Positions 12,661 through 22,318 of a DNA stretch of 64,000 nucleotides are shown in pieces. Source of the DNA: an uncultured Gammaproteobacteria bacterium. Lineage in GTDB: Bacteria; Pseudomonadota; Gammaproteobacteria; Pseudomonadales; Azotimanducaceae. The DNA lies in assembly GCA_963829065.1 (NCBI GenBank), contig CAWHHK010000015.1:90310-154309 (forward strand), read 5' to 3'. The stretch's first letter is position 1. Each line of letters opens with the position of its first letter. The notes beneath the pieces were generated by a model, which saw only the letters and a program-made list of their open reading frames with translations, made no database searches and was not told the DNA's origin. A program made the position numbers and the translations under genes.

Positions 12661-13625
12661 ATGAAGGCCGCAGTCTACTATGAAACCGGAACACCTCAGG
12701 TGTTCCGCTACGAGGACGTCGCCGATCCGCAGTGCGCGCAGCGACGGCATCGTCATCGACGTCGCCGCCGTCAGCATCGAAGGCGGCGACGTGCTCAATC
12801 GCGCGGGCGGCGCGCTCGTCGCCAAACCGCACGTCGTCGGCTATCAGGCCGCCGGCGTCGTGCGCGAGGTCGGCGCGACGTGACCACGTTCAAGGTCGGC
12901 GATCACGCGGTGACGGTGAGCGCGTTCGGCAGCCACGCGGCGCGCCGAGCGGTCGCCGCGGCGACCGCGTGGCGCGTACCGGATGGCCTCGACATCGCGC
13001 TCGCGGCGTGCGTGCCGATTCCGTTCGGCACCGCCGACGACTGTCTGTTCGAATTCGGCCGACTGGCGCGCGGCGAATCGGTATTGATCCAGGGCGGCGC
13101 CGGCGGTGTCGGCCTCGCCGCGATTCAACTCGCCAAACGCGCCGGCGCGCGCGTGTTCGCGACCGCGTCGACCGACGCGAAACTCGATCGCCTGCGCGAG
13201 TTCGGCATGGACGAAGGCATCAACTATTCGCACGACGATCTCGTCGCCGCGGTGATGCGCGCAACGGACAACCGCGGCGTCAATCTCGTCGTCGACCCGG
13301 TCGGCGGCGACGTGCTCGCGCAAAGCTTGCGGTGCATCGGCTATCGCGGTCGCGTCGTGACGGTCGGCAACGCCAGCCGCGGTGAACGCAACTACGACAT
13401 CCGCGCGCTCGCGGGACAGAACCAGTCCGGTCACCGGCGTGTTCCTCGGCGCCGAGATCACGACGCCGCGCGTGCGGCGCATGATCGAGAGCGCACCTGC
13501 AGGATCTCGCGTCCGGCACGCTCAATGTCGTCATCGACAAACGGTTTGCGTTGCGCGACGCCGCGGCAGCGCACGCCTACATCGAAAGTCGCGCGGCATT
13601 CGGCCGCGTCGTCCTGATTCCCTGA
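12661..13625 (+). pseudogene. NADPH:quinone oxidoreductase / zinc-type alcohol dehydrogenase superfamily, several frame disruptions
   Basis: Starts MKAAVYYETGTPQVFRYEDV. The correct frame moves to ORF 12680..12883 (DGIVIDVAAVSIEGGDVLNRAGG..GYQAAGVVREVGA). It returns for ..VLIQGGAGGVGLAAIQLAKRAGARVFATAS.. (Rossmann GxGxxG). It shifts again near 13430 and 13500 and ends ..AAFGRVVLIP-stop. Confidence 0.8.
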
Positions 13626-13653
13626 ACCCTGACTTCACCGACGAAGGAATCAC

Positions 13654-14490
13654 ATGGACACGAACAGCAACGCAGAGCAGATCGAATACTGGAACGGCGA
13701 GGCCGGCGCGATGTGGGCGAAACGCCAGCAACGGATGGACGCGCTGCTCGAACCGATCAGCGACGCGGCCCTGCGAGCGTGCACGGCGAAAGCCGGCGAC
13801 CGCGTGCTCGATGTCGGCTGCGGCTGCGGCGAGACGACGCTGCGTCTCGCGGCACGCGGCGCGAACGCGACCGGCGTCGATATCTCGCAGCCGATGCTCG
13901 AGCGCGCGCGCGAACGTGCCGCGGCCGCGCGGCGCGTCGGCGACGTTCGTGCTCGGTGACGCGGCGGAGCGTTCGTTTCGACACACCTTTGACCACGTCT
14001 TCTCGCGCTTCGGCGTGATGTTCTTCGCCGATCCGCGCGCGGCGTTCACGAACATTCGCGGCGCGTTGCGTGCGGTCGGGCGGCGGACTTGTGTTTCGTT
14101 TGTTGGCAACTGCCGCAGCTCAACGCGTGGATCGCAACACCGTTTGCGGCCGCGCGGCCGCTGTTGCCGCCGCAGCCGCCGCTCGATCCGCGCGCGCCGG
14201 GTCCGTTCGCGTTCGCCGACCCCGACTACGTGCGCGAGATTCTGACGAGCGCCGGCTTCAGCGACGTTCGCATCGATCCATTGACGGCCACACTCGTGTT
14301 GGGCCGCGACGTCGACTCCGCGCTGGAAATGGTCTGCGAGGTCGGCCCCTTGAGCCGCTCGTTGGCGGGCGTCGACCCCGCCACGCGCGCGCGCGTCGTC
14401 GCCGCCGTGCGCGAACCGCTGCGCGCCAATTTGACCCCGGCCGGCGTCGCGCTCGGCGCCGCGTGCTGGATCGTTCGAGCGTCCGCCTGA
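13654..14490 (+). pseudogene. Class I SAM-dependent methyltransferase, two frame disruptions
   Basis: MDTNSNAEQIEYWNGEAG.. with SAM motif I VLDVGCGCGETT (ORF 13654..13959). Continues in the frame of 13382..14245 (..FDHVFSRFGVMFFADP..) and then in 14089..14490. Confidence 0.75.
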
Positions 14491-14546
14491 TCCGCGACCC
14501 CAATTTACGAAGAGCATCCGCGATCCTATCCGTGACAGAGGCGACG

Positions 14547-16099
14547 ATGAGTTGGACTGACGAGATCGAAGAGCTGCGCCGCCGCGAGGCGTTGGCGCAC
14601 GCGATGGGCGGCCCGGACAAGGTCGCGCGCCAGCACGAATTCGGCAAGCTGACGATTCGCGAGCGGATCGCCGCGATCAGCGATCCCGGCAGCTTTCACG
14701 AGATCGGCACGTTGGCAGGTGTCGCCGACTACGACGCCAATGGCGAGTTGCGCGCGTTCACCGCGTCGAACTTCGTGTTCGGCACCGCCGAAATCGGCGC
14801 TCGCCCGGTCATTCTCTCCGGTGACGATTTCACGGTGCGCGGTGGCTCGGCCGACGCGTCGATCGCCGGCAAGCGGCAACGCGCCGAAGGACTCGCGCTC
14901 GAACTGCGCTTGCCGCACGTGCGTCTCGTCGACGGCATGGGTGGCGGCGGATCCGTGAAGACGATCGAGACCGCGGGCCGCACGTACATCCCGGAAGTGC
15001 GCGGCTGGGAGACCGTCGTCGCACACCTGTCGGTCGCGCCGTCGGTGTCGCTCGCGTTGGGATCGGTCGCCGGCATCGGCGCCGCGCGCGTCGCGACGTC
15101 GCACTACTGCGTGATCGTGCGCGATACCGCGCAGATGATGATCGCCGGTCCCGCGCTGGTGGACTGGGCGAAACAAGGCGACGTGTCGAAGGAAGAACTC
15201 GGCGCGAGCCGGATCCACACGCGCAACGGCGCGATCGATGACGAGGCCGCGAGCGAAACCGAAGCGTTCGAGCGCGCCGCGAAGTTCCTGTCGTATCTGC
15301 CGTCGAACGTCGACGAACTGCCGCCGGTGATGGCGCCGACCGACGATCCGCGGCGGCGCGAGGAATTCCTGCTCGAACGTCGTGCCGAACGATCCGCGCC
15401 AGGTCTACAAGATGCGACCGATCGTCGAAGCCGTCGTCGATCGCGACAGCTTTTTCGAGATCGGTCGCGCATGGGGCAAGTCGATCATCTGCGGACTCGC
15501 GCGACTCGACGGCGTCCCCGTCGCACTGTTCGCCGAAGACCCGTTCGTCTACGGCGGCGCGTGGACGGCGGATGCATCACGCAAACTGACGCGCTTGATC
15601 GACCTGTCCGCGACGTTCCACCTGCCGCTCGTGCACCTCGTCGACTGCCCCGGCTTTCTGATCGGCAAACAATCCGAAGAGGACGCCACGATCCGCTTTG
15701 GGTCGCAGACGTTGGCGGCGCTCGGGCAATCGCCGGTGCCGTTCATCAGCGTCGTCATCCGCAAAGCATTCGGTGTCGCGGGCGCGGCGAATCACAAACC
15801 CGGCAGCCACCACATCCGCGTCGCGTGGCCATCGGGCGACTGGGGATCGCTGCCGATCGAGGGCGGCATCGAGGTGGCCTACAAAGCAGAACTCGCGGCC
15901 GCCGCCGACGGCGACGCGCATCTCGCCGCGATCAAGGCGCGCCTCAATCTGTTGCGCTCGCCGTTTCGGTCCGCAGAATATTTCGAAATCGAGGAAATCA
16001 TCGATCCGCGCGACACGCGCGCGGTGTTGACGCGGTGGGTGAAACTCGCGCGCCACCGGCTGCGTGCCGGGCCCGGTCACATTTGGTTATCGACCCTGA
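14547..16099 (+). pseudogene. Acyl-CoA carboxylase carboxyltransferase (beta) subunit, frame disrupted near 15375 and near 16070
   Basis: N-terminal half is in the frame of ORF 14070..16952 (MSWTDEIEELRRREALAHAMGGPDKVARQHEFGKLTIRERI..DDFTVRGGS..). C-terminal half is ORF 15382..16149 (..ADASRKLTRLIDLSATFHLPLVHLVDCPGFLIG..). A third frame gives the typical ending ..GPVTFGYRP-stop. Confidence 0.85.
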
Positions 16100-16105
16100 C
16101 CACGC

Positions 16106-16917
16106 TCACGGCTGCGACAGCTCGACGAACTGCGGAACGCGCGGCCTGACGTACATTCGCGCGCTGATTTCGGCTGAGCAAGCCGCAGCGATCGAAGATC
16201 GCGTTTGGGCGTTCCTCGCGCGGCGCGGCATCGATCGAACGGACCACTCCACCTGGCCTCCCGGCGGGTCTGATGAGCAAGCGTTCAAGGCTTGCGACAA
16301 GCGCGGTGTGTTCGCGCCGTTCGCGAACGACGCAGCTGTATTGCTGATCGTCGATCAGCTGCTCGGCCCCAACACGTGGACGAAGCCGCGCCAGGAAGGC
16401 CAGGCGCTCATCAGCTTTCCGCAAGCGCGAACCGTGGGAAATTCCCGCGCAAGACCTGGCACTTCGACGTGCCGGCCAGAGGAGCGGTGGACGGCTTCCA
16501 CGCGGTGCGAGTGCTCGGTTATGCCGCCACCGTCGGGCCGCGCGGCGGAGCGACGTCTGTTGGTCGAAGGCTCACCCGAACTCGTCCGCCGGATGGTGGA
16601 GCGATCGCCGAAACACGACGCCGGTCAGTCCGCGGACGTACGTCGAGCGTCTCGCCGGACGCTCGGCCTGGTTCAAGGCACTTACCACGGCGGGCGGCGA
16701 CCGTATCGACCGCTTCATGACCGACGGCGACGAAGTAGACGGCATTCGCGTGCGCGTCGTCGAGGCAACCGGCAACGCCGGCGACGTCTGCTTCATGCAT
16801 CCGTGGATGCTGCACAACATCGCCAGAAACTGTGCCGATCGACCGCGAATGATGATGACGCAGACGTTCCTGCGCGACGACAACGTCTACTACGCGTCTC
16901 GTTCCGGCGGCGCCTAG
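16106..16917 (+). pseudogene. Phytanoyl-CoA dioxygenase (PhyH)-like Fe(II)/2-oxoglutarate oxygenase, several frame disruptions; start uncertain
   Basis: Fragments in three frames: ..LTYIRALISAEQAAAIEDRVWAF.., ..WHFDVP.. (HxD facial-triad candidate), and ORF 16717..16917 ..GDVCFMHPWMLHNIA.. (distal His). No clear start codon was found. Confidence 0.55.
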
Positions 16918-17137
16918 ACCAGCGCGCCATCTCTTATCGCAACGGGCGGTAACCCGTCGCGCTTCATCGCTCGCCCTCGACCAGCGTGACCAGATCCGTC
17001 GCCGCCTTGCGCTTAAGAGAGTGAAGAGGGAGCTGAATGCGAAATGAACCCTTTGGCGCGCGATGTTGTGCGGGTCGAGAGTTCACCGCACGACGGCCCC
17101 TCAGTTCAAGCAATACACCATTTGAGGAGATCGCAAG

Positions 17138-17593
17138 ATGACACGCTTCCTTAACGGATGCATCGTTGCCGGAATTTCTTCCCTGCTGTGCCTACCGGCT
17201 GCCGTCTTTGCCGGTGAATCACACGGGCGCTGGCACGAATGCTCGCCGGAGACATTGGATGGTCTATACGTGTTCTCGGGCTCCGGCCATTCGCTGGTGA
17301 ATGGCGTCTGGCAGCCCAAGGCCATCAACGAGTTCATCCAGTTCAACGGCGACGGCACGCTGACGGTACCGGCCGCGACCGTGGCAAACCGGGCGGGCGA
17401 CGGGGCCGTCACGCGCTCGGCCCCCGGTGGCACCGGTACTTACGCACTCGCCGAGAATTGCACGGGAACGCTGCAATTCACGCCCGGCCCGAGTTTCGAC
17501 GTCTTTGCCGGCCCCTTGGGCCTGGAGTTCCACATGATCCAGACGAACCCCAACAACGTTCTCCAGGGAACGGTGAACAAGGTGTCGCGTTAG
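17138..17593 (+). CDS. Hypothetical secreted protein (151 aa)
   Basis: Intact ORF. GAGGAG lies upstream of the ATG. N-terminal signal peptide MTRFLNGCIVAGISSLLCLPAAVFA. No family recognised. Confidence 0.6.
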   Translation: MTRFLNGCIVAGISSLLCLPAAVFAGESHGRWHECSPETLDGLYVFSGSGHSLVNGVWQPKAINEFIQFNGDGTLTVPAATVANRAGDGAVTRSAPGGTGTYALAENCTGTLQFTPGPSFDVFAGPLGLEFHMIQTNPNNVLQGTVNKVSR

Positions 17594-17610
17594 CGCCACT
17601 CACGAAGCAC

Positions 17611-17639
17611 GCTCGGAGCGAGGTCTCCTCGCTCCGAGC
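17611..17639. terminator. Perfect 13-bp-stem hairpin between convergent genes (possible bidirectional terminator, no U-tract)
   Basis: gctcggagcgagg-tct-cctcgctccgagc, located between the stop at 17593 (+) and the stop at 17660 (-). Confidence 0.5.
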
Positions 17640-17659
17640 ACTCTACGTTCGATGACCTC

Positions 17660-19560
17660 TCAATGCGTCACCTCGCTCGCATCGAGTTTCGCGAGCACTT
17701 CGGCGAAACGCGGGTGCGCGCGCAAGGTGTCGAGCAACGCACCGGAACGGATGAACCAGATGTCCTGCGTCAGACCTTCGTCGATCGACCGAATCAGCCA
17801 ATCGATCGCCTCATCGTCTTCGTGCAGCGCCGTGTGCGCAGAGAATCGCAGCACGGCATACCCGGGCTGTTGCGTCGTCCCACCGCTTCATCAGCTCGCG
17901 CAGATCCTGTTCATGGCCGACGATCGGCATCACGCCGATGAATTGATACGGCTGCGTCGCTCCATATTTCGCCCACGCAGCATCGAAGCGTGCCTTCGCC
18001 TCGGCGTCGTTTCCACGCAAATGCGCAACGAGTACGCGCGCGGTCATCGCTTCGACGTCGGTTGGTATGACGCGCAGTGCGATCTCGAATTCCTGCTCCG
18101 CTTCGTCGAACCGCTTCAGATTCAACAACACCATTCCGTAGTAGTAATGCGACGGCTTCGCGTGGTCGTTGACGGTGGATTGCTTGAGATAGTCCGCCGC
18201 TTCGTCCAAATGTCCGCGCCGCGCAGCCAGCAGGCCGAGCTGCGTCAGCGGCCACGGATCGTCCGGATTGAGTTCGTGCGCATGCCGAAACGATTTTTCT
18301 GCCGCCGCGAGGTCGCTTTCGTCGAGCTGCACCATGCCGCGCAGCGTCCATCCTTTGGAACTGTCGGGCTGCAGCTGCAAGTAGCGGTCAATGAGCGGTC
18401 CGGTTTCCTTCCAGCTGACACGCAGCGCGCGTTGCAAATAGGGCTCCGCGAATCCCGGATCGAGCGCAATAGCTTTGTCGAGATAGATGAATGACTGCTC
18501 TTGACCGGCCTGCGTTTCTGCCTCTTCGCCGCTCGGGTCGCAACCGCGCCACCTTCTCGTAGTCGTCGAACGCTTCGTCGTTCGTCGTCTGCGTCCGCGC
18601 CCATGCGATCTCTGCGTCGTTGTCGAGGTAGCGAAATACCTGCGCCGCGATTTCGCGCGCCGCGCCGTTCACGTGCGCATCGTCCGCCGCCGTGTCGAGC
18701 GTGCGCGACAACAGATGCACGTCGTCACGGCCGCGAATCAGCTGCACCGTCACACGAATGCCGTTCGCGGTCGGCCGCACGCTCCCCTCGAGGACGTAGG
18801 ACACGCCGACTGCGGCGGCAAACGCCGCCACGCTTTGGTCTGCCGGCCTATTCGAGGCTGACGTGCGCGACGTGACGTGCAACTGTCGCTCCGCTGTCAG
18901 ATCGTTCAGCACCTGTTCGACCAGCGCGTCCGATAGATGTCGCAGCTGCGGATCGTCGCTGATCGCTGCGAACGGCAATACCGCGATCGATCGCGTCGGC
19001 AGCGGTGGCGAATGCGGCGTGCGAACGAACCACACCAGACCCGCAATGGCGATCGCCACGATGGCTGCCGCGATCCCAGTCAAAGCACGGCGCCGCCGTC
19101 GTGTGTCACCAACGCCGGAACCCGTGGCGGAGGCAGTGGTCGTCAGCGCGCCGTGTTGATTCAGAATCGCATCGCGTAGCGCGTCGCGCAGCGTTTCCGC
19201 CGACATCTGATCGCAGTACAGCGAATGCACGCGGCTCAGGACCACGCGCAGCGGCGGACTGAGTTCGGTCCTTTCCAGGAAGATCGGAATCACCACCTTG
19301 CGTTTGTCGAGCGCGTATTGCACTTCGGGGTCGCAGTGCTCGGATTCGAGCGAATTGCGCGAGACGAAAAATACGACGTGCGTCGACCGGTCGAGCGCCT
19401 CCGTGACGACCTCGCGCCAAACCGTGCCGGCGCGAATACCGCGATCGAACCAGACTTCGATGCCGTCGGCGCGCAGGCGTTCGATGTGCGGATACACGCG
19501 CTCGACGTCGGCGTGCGCGTAGCAAACGAACACGAACGGTTTCGGGCCGGTGGTCTCCAA
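17660..19560 (-). pseudogene. TIR domain - transmembrane helix - TolB-N-like periplasmic domain - TPR repeats. Probably the C-terminal part of the kinase gene upstream. At least 3 frame disruptions.
   Basis: ORF 18388..19560 contains KPFVFVCYAHADVERVY..GIEVWFD..VVFFVSRNSLESEHCDPEVQYAL (TIR_2-type pattern). It also has the TM segment LTGIAAAIVAIAIAGLVWFV and then RSIAVLPFAAISDD..VSYVLEGSVR... TPR-like repeats continue in ORFs 17811..18437 and 17660..17854, with switches near 18530, 18480 and 17850. Confidence 0.75.
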
Positions 19561-20662
19561 TGACTGGCCGGTTCGGGACGTTCAGCCGTTCGAGCTTCGC
19601 CGCAAACGCGAGATCCTGGCGCAGCGCCTTCAGCGCCGCGATGACCTCTGCCATCGTTTGGAATCGCCCGCGCGGATCCTTCGTCAATGCTCTTGCGACG
19701 ATCGCCTGCAACTCGTCCGGCGGTGAATCGACGAAATGCGCGAGTGGCGCCGGCTCGCGCTCGAGAATGCGGCCGATCACGTCGGCCGGCGCATCACCGG
19801 GGAACGGCAACGCACCGGTCACCATCTCGTACAGCATCACACCGAGACTCCAGACGTCGCTGCGCGCATCGACGTTTGCGCCGCGGGCCTGCTCCGGCGA
19901 CATGTACGACGCCGTCCCGATGACGATTCCTTCGCGCGTGAGCGCCGTCTGTGCCGCCGTTTCGTTCGGCTCATGAAATGCTTCCGTCAGCTTCGCGATG
20001 CCGAAGTCGAGCACCTTTACGTAGCCGTCAGCACGAACCATCACGTTTTCCGGCTTCACATCGCGATGCACGATGCCTTTCTCGTGCGCGGCGGCAATCC
20101 CTGTCGCGGCCTGCGTAGCGATGTCCAACAACGCGTCCAGCGTGAAGGCGCGGTTGTTCACCGCCTCGCGGAGCGTCTCGCCTTCGATCAGCTCGCTCGC
20201 GATGTAATACACGCCGTCGGCCTCGCCGATGTCATAGACGGTGACGACATTCGGATGATTCAACGCGAGCACCGCGCGCGCTTCCTGCAGAAAGCGCGAC
20301 ACGTGCTCGGGATCGCGAACGTAGCGCGGAGCCAGGGTCTTCAGCGCGACGCGGCGCCCCATCCTGTCTACCGCGCGATAGACCTCGCCCATGCCGCCGG
20401 CGCCAAGCGGAGCCTCGATCGTGTACGAGCCGACGCGCGTCGCGACCGGCGTCGCCGCAAGCAATGCGGCCGCGGCGTCTGCGGCCGGCGCTTCGATGAA
20501 CGCGCCCGCGCCGTCGTGTGCACACAGCAGCGAGTCGACTTCGGCGTGCAACTCGGGATCGCTCACGCGAATTTCTGCAAGGAATAGACGCCTCTGCGCC
20601 GGTGCGAGATCGAGCGCGGACTGGAAGATCTCGTCGATGCGTCGCAGGCGTTCCGGCGTCAT
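19561..20662 (-). pseudogene. Hanks-type Ser/Thr protein kinase domain; its frame runs into Arg-rich nonsense after about 19565
   Basis: ATG at 20662 (MTPERLRRIDEIFQSALDL..). Has LGAGGMGEVY, VALK, HRDVKPEN, DFG and TASYMSPEQ. After ..LERLNVPNRPVI the sensible continuation is in the TIR frame. That frame has a stop only 8 codons upstream of 19560, so a 1-nt indel within about 20 nt would fuse them. Confidence 0.85.
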
Positions 20663-20672
20663 CGTCGTTGCC

Positions 20673-21251
20673 TCATTGCGCCTGCAGCTCTCGATACAGC
20701 CATGCCTTGGCGAAGCGCCAATCACGTTCGACCGTTGCCGCCGATACGTTGAGGATTTCGGCCGCTTCTTCGTTGTTGAAGCCACCGAAGTAGCGCATCT
20801 CGACGACGCGACTCGCGCGCGGGTTCAGTTTCTGCAGCGCCTGCAGACTTTCGTCGAGCGCTACGACTTCCGCCGCTCGCTCAGGCGCAAACACGGCGTC
20901 GTCGAGCGTCACGCGCTGCAATTCGCCGCCGCGCTTCGCCGACGCGTACTGGCGGGCGTAGTCCACGAGCGTATGGCGCATCACCTGCGCGGCGACCCCG
21001 AAGAAGTGCGCACGGTCCTCCCAATCGACGTCGGCACTGCCGACGAGGCGGACGAACGCTTCGTTGACCAGCGCAGTCGTTTGCAATACGTGCCCCGGAC
21101 GTTCGCGCGCCATGTACCTGTGGGCGAGCCGATGCAACGCGTGCGCGATCAGCGGCGTCAACTTTTCGAGCGCCGTCGCATCGCCCGCCTGCCACTGGCG
21201 CAACAGCCCGGTGACCTCGTGACGCGCGGCCGCCATAGCTCCCCTTTTCAT
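20673..21251 (-). CDS. ECF-type RNA polymerase sigma factor (TIGR02999-like, the kinase-associated ECF group)
   Basis: LLRQWQAGD..A..KL, GHVLQTTALVNEAFVRL, KRGG, and the region 4 HTH EEAAEILNVSAATVERDWRFAKAWL. The stop is 10 nt before the kinase ATG. An alternative ATG is at 21236. Confidence 0.85.
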   Translation of the reverse strand: MKRGAMAAARHEVTGLLRQWQAGDATALEKLTPLIAHALHRLAHRYMARERPGHVLQTTALVNEAFVRLVGSADVDWEDRAHFFGVAAQVMRHTLVDYARQYASAKRGGELQRVTLDDAVFAPERAAEVVALDESLQALQKLNPRASRVVEMRYFGGFNNEEAAEILNVSAATVERDWRFAKAWLYRELQAQ

Positions 21252-21379
21252 CGCTACCCCAACGAAACGATACCACTTCCGGATATTGGACACGGTTTCG
21301 CGAAGCGTGATCTGTGCGGCATTTGCCGCCGCGTCCGAGCAGTGGCTATATTTCCGGCCCCCCGAACCGGAGAAATCAC

Positions 21380-22234
21380 ATGACCACCGGTACCTGTTTG
21401 TGCGGCAACATCCAGTTTCGCCTCGAAGGTCCGTTTCAAATGATGATGCACTGCCACTGCTCGCGCTGCCGCAAGCATCACGGCAGCGCGTTCGCGACGT
21501 TCGTCGGCGCACCGGCGCGCGGCTTCGAGTGGCTCGCCGGCAAAGACGACATCGTCACGTGGACACCGAACGCGCCGGGCACCGGACCTCGCTACTTCTG
21601 CCCGACCTGCGGTTCGGTGACACCGTCGCCTGACGACACCGGTGAGGTGCGGTTCGTTCCTGCCGGCAATCTCGTCGAGGATTGCGGCGTGAAACCCGAA
21701 ATGCACATCTTTGCGGCGTCGAAAGCGCCGTGGCACGAGATTACCGACTCGCGTACACCAGTTTGCCGGACCGACCCGATGGCTATCCGGAGCCGAAGCT
21801 GCCCGCCGAGGTGCGCCAGCACGCGCCCGGCGACAGTCGGCGGCAGTTGCCTGTGCGACGCGATTCGCTTCGAGGCCGACGGCGACCCGCTCGTGATGGT
21901 GAACTGCCATTGCTCGCGCTGCCGGCGCGGTCGCAGCGCCGCGCACGCGAGCAACCTGTTCGTCGCGATCGACCAATTCCGTTGGACGCGCGGCGAACAG
22001 CACGTGAAGGTCTACGATCTGCCGGGCGCGGCGCGGTTCGGCACCAACTTCTGCGACATCTGCGGCAGCGACGTGCCGCGCCACTCGCCGAAGATCGGCC
22101 GCGTCAACATCCCCGGCGGTTGTCTCGACACCGATCCACGCATCCGGCCGGGCTATCACATCTTCGTCGGCTCGAAAGCGCCGTGGTACGACATCACCGA
22201 CACGCTGCCGCAACACGACGGCGCCGCCGCGTAG
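21380..22234 (+). CDS. Tandem GFA (glutathione-dependent formaldehyde-activating / CENP-V) domain protein
   Basis: Two copies of the Cys-rich pattern: C.CG...F.......HCHCS.CRK..G and CLCDAIRF...HCSRCRR..S. The linker 21740-21840 reads better in another frame (DGYPEPKLPAEV), which suggests compensating indels. Confidence 0.75.
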   Translation: MTTGTCLCGNIQFRLEGPFQMMMHCHCSRCRKHHGSAFATFVGAPARGFEWLAGKDDIVTWTPNAPGTGPRYFCPTCGSVTPSPDDTGEVRFVPAGNLVEDCGVKPEMHIFAASKAPWHEITDSRTPVCRTDPMAIRSRSCPPRCASTRPATVGGSCLCDAIRFEADGDPLVMVNCHCSRCRRGRSAAHASNLFVAIDQFRWTRGEQHVKVYDLPGAARFGTNFCDICGSDVPRHSPKIGRVNIPGGCLDTDPRIRPGYHIFVGSKAPWYDITDTLPQHDGAAA

Positions 22235-22318
22235 CGCGAGCCGTGAGGAACCGCAAGTAGTCTTGCATTGACGCTATCGGCGCGGCACGCTGACGGGGCC
22301 GTGCTGGGGAGAGCGTGA

